From assembly GCA_965242925.1 (NCBI GenBank), contig CBDEUM010000014.1, positions 64,001 to 128,000 on the forward strand: DNA of 64,000 nucleotides, given 5' to 3'. Positions 45,133-53,165 of the stretch are shown here, one piece after another (positions within the stretch are counted from its first letter, which is position 1; every line of letters starts with the position of its first letter). Under the pieces are notes generated by a model. It made no database searches. It saw only the letters and a program-made list of their open reading frames with translations, and was not told the DNA's origin. This DNA is from Roseibacillus sp. (GTDB taxonomy: Bacteria > Verrucomicrobiota > Verrucomicrobiia > Verrucomicrobiales > Akkermansiaceae). Position numbers and translations under genes: made by a program.

Positions 45133-47682
45133 ATGAGATCCGTTTCCTCCCTTACGTTTTTGATGGTCGTGGCTCTAGGGAGTGCCCCTGCGGTTGGTGC
45201 TGAAAAACACTTTCCTGAGCTCGACCAAAGCAAAGCCTTCTTGAACGCCCATTGCGTGAGCTGTCATGGCAATGAAAAGAGCAAGGGCGATCATAATTTC
45301 GAAAAGTTCGATGGCAAAGATTGGGCCAATCACGAACTGCTGAATGACGTCTTGACGGTTTTAAAAGAAAGGGAAATGCCGCCCAAGAAAGCTAAGAGCA
45401 AACCCTCGGCGAAGGAGCTGGCAGCCTTTGAAAAACTCTTGGGCGAGCAGTATTTCTCGATCAAAGCAAAGTTGCCCGGGGTAATCACGCGTTTGAACCG
45501 CGCGGAATATGAAAACACGATCAACGATTCTTTTTTCTCCAAGTTAGAAGTCAAAAACTACTTGCCGGTAGACAACACCAGAGATGGCTTTGACAACGAA
45601 GGCGATAAACTCGTTATGTCACCCTATGCCATGGATAGCTATTTTCGAGTTGCCTCAGGAATAGCCGAGAAGGTCGTGGGAGGCATGCCCGGTCCTTCTA
45701 CAACCGTTTATACGTACAAGAATTCCAAAGTGCGCAGATTAGGCAGCAAAGGATTTGCGTACTATGAGGATACTAATGACGGTTTGACTACAGAGGGGTT
45801 TTATTACAGAGATTATTCTCGTGGAGTTGGATTCGCGTATGACGTGAGATTGCCAGGCTACTACGATGTGAAGATCAATGGGCATTTCACGTTTTATGAT
45901 CGTTCCATTAAGCACCAGGAACGTGATTTAAATTTCAAGGTCGACCCGGGTAAAAAAAATGAACGGTTGAGAATCACAACCAATGTAGACCCTAAGATCA
46001 GTAGAGAACCACTTAAGACCCATGAGTTTTTATTAAACGATACAGTGCGGGTCTATTTGGAGCCTGGGCAGAATCTTGTTCTTTATAGTCACAACTATGC
46101 TTATCCGTTGCCCAAGGATCTCAGCAAACTCACGCGGATCCCCCCGCTGCCGAAAGATAAGAAGCTAGCCGAACTGCCAAGGACGAGCTTGCACTTCATC
46201 TCGGCTGAAGTTACCGGCCCCTTCTATGATAGCTGGCCTCCCAAAAATGATTTTTACAACACGTACTATGAAGGTCTGAAGGGCAACGATCCACACGAAA
46301 TATACCAGCAATTCATTAGGGAGTTGGCCATTAAACTCTTCCGCCGACCTGTGAGTGACAAGGAATTGAATCGCTATTTCGATGTTGCAAAAAAGAGCTA
46401 TGAAAGGGATGAAAATGTCTTCAATGCCGTGCAAGCGGCCTTGACGATGATGCTCTGCTCACCAAATTTTCTGTATAAGGATGAAGGTGCTTCTCTGGAT
46501 CTCGACGACTATGCGATTGCGTCCAGGTTGTCTTACTTTTTGTGGAATTCACTTCCCGACGACCGTTTGATCAAGCTGGCTTCTGAGGGGAAGTTAATGG
46601 ATTCAAGCGTTCGTTCCGCGGAGGCCTTAAGGATGCTGCAAGACCCTAAAGCTCGGCGTTTTATTAGTAATTTTACAGAGCAGTGGCTTGAGCTTCACAA
46701 AATAGACATCGTGAATGTTCAGGCGGACATCCTCGCGCATACGTTTGGGGATAGGCTTGGTGAAAAAACAGCAAAACTGAAACCCTTCTTGGTGCAGGAA
46801 AGCATTGAGTTCTTCAAGGTGATCTTGAATGAGAACCTGAGTCTCCTGAGTTTTATTGATTCTGATTTCGTGGTGATCAACAGACCGTTGAATGACATTT
46901 ATCAATTAGAACTCCCTGAAGAAGAGGAATTGCCAAACAAAGCCGATCAAAAAGACTCTAAGTTGATAGTGAACGACAAAAAGTTGCGGCGCCAAAGGGC
47001 CTTTCAAAAAGTCATGCTCGATAAAGAGTCGCTGCGTGGTGGCCTACTAACACAGGCTGGTGTCTTGATGATGACCACCAATGGCGAATTCACGAATCCT
47101 TTCTATCGGGGCGCCTGGGTGGCTAAAAATGTCTATGGGCTGGAGTTGAAACTTCCTGCCAATCTTGAAGTAGAAGCCCTGAAAGCGCCCACGGAAACAT
47201 TCACGATTAAAGACAGTATTAATGAGCATCGTAACGACCCTGCCTGTGCCTCTTGCCACAGCAAGATGGATCCCTTTGGTTTGGCCATGGAGAATTTCGA
47301 TGTTTTGGGTCGGTATCGCGAGACTTACCGGAAGTTTGTCGTGACCAAAATACCCGAAGAGAAGAAAGAAGGAAAAGTGGTGAAGAAAGAACGCATCACT
47401 CGCGAGTATGTTGACACGACCAAGGTCGAGTCTGACGCTGTTCATCGTGATGGTCGTACCATCGATGGCATGGAAGGTCTTAAGAGAATCCTCTTAGAAG
47501 ACAAAGATAAGATTGCCAGGAATTTGCTCACCAAGCTTTCTGAATATGCGATGGGAAGAGAAATGAATTATGCCGATTCTGAGATGATTCACCGGCTCTT
47601 AGAAGCATCGAAGAAGAATGATTATAAGTTGCGTGATTTGATGCTTAGCATCATTGCTGACGATTCATTCACAGAACGATAA
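45133..47682 (+). CDS. DUF1592/1588/1587/1595/1585 cytochrome-c-like protein
   Basis: CVSCHG, RLNRAEYENT, GFDN, SPNFLY, ASRLSYFLWNSLPD, RGGLLTQAG, CASCHSKMDPFG. Confidence 0.9.
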   Translation: MRSVSSLTFLMVVALGSAPAVGAEKHFPELDQSKAFLNAHCVSCHGNEKSKGDHNFEKFDGKDWANHELLNDVLTVLKEREMPPKKAKSKPSAKELAAFEKLLGEQYFSIKAKLPGVITRLNRAEYENTINDSFFSKLEVKNYLPVDNTRDGFDNEGDKLVMSPYAMDSYFRVASGIAEKVVGGMPGPSTTVYTYKNSKVRRLGSKGFAYYEDTNDGLTTEGFYYRDYSRGVGFAYDVRLPGYYDVKINGHFTFYDRSIKHQERDLNFKVDPGKKNERLRITTNVDPKISREPLKTHEFLLNDTVRVYLEPGQNLVLYSHNYAYPLPKDLSKLTRIPPLPKDKKLAELPRTSLHFISAEVTGPFYDSWPPKNDFYNTYYEGLKGNDPHEIYQQFIRELAIKLFRRPVSDKELNRYFDVAKKSYERDENVFNAVQAALTMMLCSPNFLYKDEGASLDLDDYAIASRLSYFLWNSLPDDRLIKLASEGKLMDSSVRSAEALRMLQDPKARRFISNFTEQWLELHKIDIVNVQADILAHTFGDRLGEKTAKLKPFLVQESIEFFKVILNENLSLLSFIDSDFVVINRPLNDIYQLELPEEEELPNKADQKDSKLIVNDKKLRRQRAFQKVMLDKESLRGGLLTQAGVLMMTTNGEFTNPFYRGAWVAKNVYGLELKLPANLEVEALKAPTETFTIKDSINEHRNDPACASCHSKMDPFGLAMENFDVLGRYRETYRKFVVTKIPEEKKEGKVVKKERITREYVDTTKVESDAVHRDGRTIDGMEGLKRILLEDKDKIARNLLTKLSEYAMGREMNYADSEMIHRLLEASKKNDYKLRDLMLSIIADDSFTER

Positions 47683-47878
47683 TATAGGTCCGGCATCAAT
47701 ATCTCACGGATCTCAGATTCGGACCTTCGACCTGAATCAGTTTGAGAGAGTGCGGATCAAATCCGACCCACAGGGCCGAAATGCGGGCGAGCGAATGAAA
47801 CAGAGAGACCAGAAATCGCCCTATTCTGTGGGGATCCGGGCCCAGATATCGGACCCTTCAAGTTCGTCTCTCAGATAG

Positions 47879-47968
47879 TGGCGGACAGGGTGGGATTCGA
47901 ACCCACGGTACCCTTTCGAGTACACGCGCTTTCCAGGCGCGCCCATTCGACCACTCTGGCACCTGTCC
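47879..47968 (-). tRNA. tRNA-Ser (GGA)
   Basis: GGACAGG acceptor, anticodon arm CGCGC-CTGGAAA-GCGCG, long variable arm, GTTCGAATC T-loop, GCCA end. Confidence 0.97.
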
Positions 47969-48055
47969 TGATGTGCAATCGCAATTGCGAGCGGGGGGAG
48001 CGGACCCTACTGGGCCCGGGGCCCATTGACAACGGGAATAATCACGGCCGCCACC

Positions 48056-49786
48056 CTAGAAGGAGGCCGTCAGACCCACGTGGCCCCGCGGGCCGTCGTC
48101 CCCTTCCAGCGGCACGCCAACATCGGCGCGCAGGTTGAGGTGGCGGCCTATCTGCGCCCGCAGGCCGGCCCCCACGCTGGTGAGGCTTTCCTGGTCCTCC
48201 CGTCCCGGTGTGATTTCATCCCGCCAGCCCCCGCCGTGATCCAGGAAGCCGAGGAACTGAACCTGGACCGGAAAGTGCTCCCCGGTGGGCAGAGTCACCG
48301 GCGGGGTGCGGACCTCGGCCGAAAGGAGGTAACCGCGGTCGGACAGGAAATCGCGCTCCTCAAACCCGCGTACGGTGGAGTGTCCACCGAGGCTGAGTTG
48401 CTCGGTGGGCAGGAGTGCTCCACTCCCGATCTGGAATTGTCCTCTCGCACGCAACGTCCACGCCCCGGGGAGCCGCTGCGTCCAGACAGCCCGGGCTCGT
48501 CCGTAAAGGTAGTTGGCTTCCGCCCCCGCCCGAAAATTCTGGAAATCACTCGTCGAATTCTTCCCCCCGAGTTCCCCGGGGCTGCCCACCACCGAGGCGT
48601 TCAGCTCGAGACTGCCCCGGTTCGCGAACTGACGGCGGGCCCGGTAGTCGGCGCGGAACTGAACCAGCTCCACTCCCGCGCCGGCACTGCCATCAAACCC
48701 TCCAAAGACGAGGAAATTGTCGGAGGACTTGTACTCCACCCCCACGCTGAGCTCCTGCCGGAAGTCGTTCCAGCGATTCAGCTGCATGCCATAGGACGCC
48801 CCGACCTGCCAGCTTGTCCCGGCCGAGTCGACCAGGACACCCGCCAGATAATCCTGGGTGGAGATTTCCGCCCAGCTGCCCGTCAGGCGCACGAAGTGAT
48901 GCCGGGAGTGGATGGGAATCTCCCAGCTCACGGCATGCGCCAGGAGTTCATCAAGCGAATCACCGGTGGTGAACTGGTAACTGATCGACTGATCGAGGCC
49001 AAAGGCATTCCCCCAGTTGAATCCCGCGAGGAAACGGTTTTCCCCGGACACCTCGGCTCCGCTGTTCTCATAGCCGGCATAACCGCGCCAGGGGCGCCGC
49101 TCGCTGAAGGCAAAGACCAGATCTGCCTCTCCTGCCCCCGCGCCGGGTGCGGCGTAGAGGGAGGCCGGGCGAAACGGGTTGCGATTGAACCAGTCGAGAT
49201 GACGCTGCAGTTCGCTGGTCAGGAGAACCTCTCCATCCTGCAGTCGGACCGCTCCCGCCAGCAGCTCCTCGTTGAAGATTCCACCCACCTGCATCCCCAC
49301 CGTGCCCACCAGCCCGTCGATGACCATGAGTTCGATGCTCCCTTCGCCGAGCTCCTGATCGGGCGCATAAATGTCGGTAACCGGGCGATCGTGCAGTTCG
49401 TAATAGCGCAGGAGGGTTTCGATCAACCGGTCGAGTCCGCTCTCGGTGAGGGGCTCTCCCAGAAAGGGTCGCAGCGTCCCGGCCAGCCCCTCGTGATTGA
49501 TGGTGAGACCCAAGGCCTCCACCCGTCCACCCTGCGGAAAGCCATGGTTGAATTCCGGCCCCTGCCCGGACCCGGTCAGTTTGATCGTCTCCAGGTGGGC
49601 CATCAGAACAGCCGACTCGTCGACCTCCCCGCGCACGACTGGTTCGCGCTTTCCGAAGGGCAGACGCCCCTCCGTTTCACCTTCCACCCCGCGGGGGGCC
49701 AACTCGCTGCCCTCCTGCCCGTGGAGCGGAACCGGCAGGTGCAGCCAGAAAAAAAAAGCGGCGATAATGGTGAAGATTCTGCCCAT
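48056..49786 (-). CDS. ShlB/FhaC/HecB (TpsB) family outer-membrane transporter
   Basis: Signal peptide at ATG 49786, POTRA-like region (YAPDQELGEGSIELMVIDG), NRNPFR, LLPTEQLSLGGHSTVRGF, C-terminal Phe. Confidence 0.9.
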   Translation of the reverse strand: MGRIFTIIAAFFFWLHLPVPLHGQEGSELAPRGVEGETEGRLPFGKREPVVRGEVDESAVLMAHLETIKLTGSGQGPEFNHGFPQGGRVEALGLTINHEGLAGTLRPFLGEPLTESGLDRLIETLLRYYELHDRPVTDIYAPDQELGEGSIELMVIDGLVGTVGMQVGGIFNEELLAGAVRLQDGEVLLTSELQRHLDWFNRNPFRPASLYAAPGAGAGEADLVFAFSERRPWRGYAGYENSGAEVSGENRFLAGFNWGNAFGLDQSISYQFTTGDSLDELLAHAVSWEIPIHSRHHFVRLTGSWAEISTQDYLAGVLVDSAGTSWQVGASYGMQLNRWNDFRQELSVGVEYKSSDNFLVFGGFDGSAGAGVELVQFRADYRARRQFANRGSLELNASVVGSPGELGGKNSTSDFQNFRAGAEANYLYGRARAVWTQRLPGAWTLRARGQFQIGSGALLPTEQLSLGGHSTVRGFEERDFLSDRGYLLSAEVRTPPVTLPTGEHFPVQVQFLGFLDHGGGWRDEITPGREDQESLTSVGAGLRAQIGRHLNLRADVGVPLEGDDGPRGHVGLTASF

Positions 49787-50078
49787 CCGTATTGACCAGA
49801 CCGAGTATCCTGCGATTGACCCTCCGCCTTGGAAAGACCTTTCCCCGACCGTCAGAGGATTCCCGGAGGGAAGGTTTCCTTTTGCTTTTCCTGGAGCAAA
49901 GGCACCCTCGCGATTCACCGACCCGAGAGGCGGCTTGAAAACTCTTCCCATGACGCCCTATCCTTTGCTTTGCTGGGCCGAAACCAAACCCCGCTCCTTC
50001 CCCTGCAGAGAATCTCCAGAAAAATCCACATTCGCTGAAAATGGTCCCGGTCCGCATCCGGTTGGAACCAGACAACAG

Positions 50079-53000
50079 ATGATTGCTGCAACTCGCCGCG
50101 CCCTCCTGTCGCTCACGATTATCGTCGTGGGCCTGACCGCTGCCGTACAGGCCGACCTCCTGCGTTACCGGACTGCGATCAGGAGCTTGGCCGAGGGACA
50201 GGCGAATTTCCGAACGGTCGAGGCCCTCCCCGCCCGGGATGCCACAAACCCCGCCCGTGCATTTGCCGGAGGATCATTCACCGGACGATTCAGAATCGGA
50301 TTCGATCCCACTATCACCGTGTCGAGTCTGAATGAGCAGGACGGCAACCTCGTTGGGTTCACTCGCAGCCTGGACAACAAGGACTGGAACGTCGATTGGG
50401 TCCTCTCTGTCGGATGTGAACCGGGGAACGCCGTCATCAATGACGTCGCCATCCGGCCCGATGGGCTGTTGCTGGCAGGCGGCACCTTTGAGGACAAGGC
50501 CACCTTCGATCGGCGGCAGCAACCCCCCGTGGAACTCACCACGCCAGGCCGAGTGGCAAGTTTCATTGCCCTTGCCGACCCCTCGGGTGCCTGGATCGAC
50601 GCCTGGGTCATTCCCGGGATGGAGTTGCAGAGCATGGCTGTTGATGACGAAGGCGAGGTCTTCGTAACCGGGCCCGGCACCCTGGCTCGCCGCTACACTG
50701 CAAACCTTCAGGAGGTTTGGGATATCCAGCCCCCAGCAGGCATCCTCTCTCTTGATCATATCTCCGTAGGCATCGGCAGGAACCAACCGTTTGTCTATGT
50801 CCAGGGGACCTCGACCCGCCCGGGAGGCAATGATCAGGACGTCTTTGTGGTTCAGTTGGAGAAGCCCGCGGGAGTCAGGCGCTGGAACACCGTAATCAAT
50901 TCCCGGGGCGGCGAGGAACATGCGGGTGGAATCGGAGTCGGCCCCCTGGGCGACCTGCGGGTGGCAGTCTCCTCCGATGGCACTGATCTCTCGGTAGCCA
51001 ACAGCGTGGTCCGTGACAATCCCACCACGCCGGCTCGCCACGGATACCTCCTGTTTCTCGACGCGACCAGTGGCAAGCTCCTCAACGACCGGCTCCTCGG
51101 CAGGGCCACTGAGGCACAGGGCATTCTCGAAACGCACAATCTCGACATTGACTACGCTGGGAACACTTACGTCTCGGCAAGCTTCACGGGCTCCTACCAG
51201 TTCATCGGTCTCGATCAAAAGGGACAGGAAGACGCCGCGGTCGTAGTGGTGGATGCTCTGGGAGTCCCCATGCGATTCATGGATTCCAGCGGCGAGGCAC
51301 GGGCATCCGGTCTCGACGTGGCCGCCGCCGGCCGGGATCTCCAGGTTCTCGTGGGTGCTGTTCAGGGCACCACTGACGAGTTATTCGGGGAGAGTCCGGT
51401 CGCTGCATCACAGGACAACAAAGCCTATATCGCCGTCCTTGATAAACCGGATGACCAGCAGTCCTATCTCATCACTCCGCCTAATCCCGACCAGGGGCTG
51501 GGCCTTCTGGTTCAGGACATCAACCAGCTGGAAGGCGAAATCTATCGCATCATCGACAACCCCCAACTCAACATCCGCCTGGTATCCGCCTATCTCACCC
51601 CGGAACAAGTCAACAACCTCCAACAGCAGGGTGCCAGGGTGGAGCAGGATCGCGAACTGGTCCCTCCTGGCGTGGATGGCCTCCTGTGGGAGGAGCTGCA
51701 GAACGGTGAGCTGATCCTGGGCCTCCCGGACCTCCCGGACCTCCCGGACCTCCCGGACCTCCCGGACCTCCCGGACCTCCCGGACCTCCCGCAGAAAGGC
51801 CTCAACGGCGCGGGCCTCCCCGCTGGTTGGGCCCTCGAGACTCTCAACAAGGCTCCCAGCCCTCAAAACGAGGTCTATTGCTACCCCGAGACTTGCCGGG
51901 AAACATTACTCTACCTCATTGACACCGGAATTGACACCTCCAGCGGTGTTTTCGCCAGCAATCCCAATCTTGAAATCAGTGAGTCCATCGTGATCCGTGC
52001 AACGGGAGATCCCCTCGAGCCTCTCAGCGAGTATGATCCAACAATCTTCGAACACGGGACCGAGATGCTCAGCATGATCGCCGGGACCGGCTATGGGGCA
52101 GCCCAGGGAACACCCATCAAGGTGATTAACTATAACATCTATCCCGATGGCAATACTACCACCATCAGCGCACTCATCGAGGCAATCATCCGGGCCAGCA
52201 CCCACAAGAACCTCCACCACCCCTACGACCCCGCGGCCTTTTGTATCGCGAGTAGCGCGGACACGCCCGGGGCCAGCCCAGCCAGCCTGGAGAGCGCCAT
52301 CGACTCCACTCTCGACAATGTCTATGCCACCGTCCTCGTGTCGGCGGGCAACACCGACGGCCTGGCCTCGAATTACACCCCATCCGATCTCGGTAGTAAA
52401 AAGGGGGTGATTTGCGTGGGAGCCATCGATGCCAGCGCTCTGCCCCAGCAGGTCGAGAATACCCGCGGAGGCAAGGGGGTGGATCTCTGGGCCCCAGGTG
52501 AGATGGTGGCCGCTGCGGACGTAGACGGAAACCCCACCACCATGACCGGGACGAGCGCCTCCACCGCCCTCGCCACCGGGGCAGCCCTGATCTACCTCAG
52601 CGCCAATCCGGTCCTCACTCCCTCCCAGATTGAGTGTGCCATGGTCGACAGCGCACAGGAGGTCGTTCCGAGCCCGAAGAAGATCGTTCACGTCCCCGAT
52701 CCCACAGACGCTTCCGTGGCAAACGACCTCAATCACATGGTCTACGCAGACTGGGCCGCCTGGTATGAACTTGATCCGGAGGCAGGACCGGACGAGGACC
52801 CCGACAACGATGACTGGAGTAACGAGCAGGAGTATGTCTGGGGGTTCGACCCGCGAAGCCACAATTATGAAGCCTCTATCCTGACCATGGACTACGATCC
52901 GGATACCGGGACCGCCACCTTCGAGTTTCCCCTGTCCTGTTTCCTGTACCAGCCGTCAGCCCTCGCCAGTCCCTTCACCTTGCGGGACGGTTCCAGTCTG

Positions 53001-53165
53001 ACCATCGAACGAAGCGACGATCTCACTCCTGGACACTGGATCGACTGCACCAGCGAGGTCCTGAACCTGGATGAGGAGGGCCACGAAAGTAATGTCGTGA
53101 CCATCAGTTTCGACGTCGAGGCAACGAAATCCCGATGTTTCTACCGAATTCGTGTCCACCAGTAG
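50079..53165 (+). CDS. Secreted S8 (subtilisin-like) protease with N-terminal beta-propeller, I9-like propeptide and acidic C-terminal domain
   Basis: Signal peptide ending AVQA; triad LIDTGID / HGT / GTS; SAGN; VDLWAPG; C-terminal DPDNDDWSNEQEYVWGFDP...SDDL...W...FYRIRV. Start moved from 49497. Confidence 0.88.
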   Translation: MIAATRRALLSLTIIVVGLTAAVQADLLRYRTAIRSLAEGQANFRTVEALPARDATNPARAFAGGSFTGRFRIGFDPTITVSSLNEQDGNLVGFTRSLDNKDWNVDWVLSVGCEPGNAVINDVAIRPDGLLLAGGTFEDKATFDRRQQPPVELTTPGRVASFIALADPSGAWIDAWVIPGMELQSMAVDDEGEVFVTGPGTLARRYTANLQEVWDIQPPAGILSLDHISVGIGRNQPFVYVQGTSTRPGGNDQDVFVVQLEKPAGVRRWNTVINSRGGEEHAGGIGVGPLGDLRVAVSSDGTDLSVANSVVRDNPTTPARHGYLLFLDATSGKLLNDRLLGRATEAQGILETHNLDIDYAGNTYVSASFTGSYQFIGLDQKGQEDAAVVVVDALGVPMRFMDSSGEARASGLDVAAAGRDLQVLVGAVQGTTDELFGESPVAASQDNKAYIAVLDKPDDQQSYLITPPNPDQGLGLLVQDINQLEGEIYRIIDNPQLNIRLVSAYLTPEQVNNLQQQGARVEQDRELVPPGVDGLLWEELQNGELILGLPDLPDLPDLPDLPDLPDLPDLPQKGLNGAGLPAGWALETLNKAPSPQNEVYCYPETCRETLLYLIDTGIDTSSGVFASNPNLEISESIVIRATGDPLEPLSEYDPTIFEHGTEMLSMIAGTGYGAAQGTPIKVINYNIYPDGNTTTISALIEAIIRASTHKNLHHPYDPAAFCIASSADTPGASPASLESAIDSTLDNVYATVLVSAGNTDGLASNYTPSDLGSKKGVICVGAIDASALPQQVENTRGGKGVDLWAPGEMVAAADVDGNPTTMTGTSASTALATGAALIYLSANPVLTPSQIECAMVDSAQEVVPSPKKIVHVPDPTDASVANDLNHMVYADWAAWYELDPEAGPDEDPDNDDWSNEQEYVWGFDPRSHNYEASILTMDYDPDTGTATFEFPLSCFLYQPSALASPFTLRDGSSLTIERSDDLTPGHWIDCTSEVLNLDEEGHESNVVTISFDVEATKSRCFYRIRVHQ
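51723..51791 (+). repeat. Perfect 9 bp coding tandem repeat (ctcccggac)x7 plus 6 bp, encoding (LPD)7LP
   Basis: Read directly from the sequence. Confidence 0.97.

Larger units (their letters stand above)
43352..47885. mobile_element. Integrase-less AT-rich genomic islet at the tRNA-Ser 3' end
   Basis: Direct repeats 43352..43396 and 47841..47885 (37/45 identical; both end in tggcgga, the tRNA 3' end). A sample line at 45721 has 25/60 GC against 42/60 at 15001. Confidence 0.8.

Noticed and set aside
49497..50078. N-terminal extension of the subtilase overlapping tpsB, and the tpsB extension to 49951
   Set aside because: Both genes have good signal peptides at later starts (50079 and 49786). 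The extensions are chance open frames.
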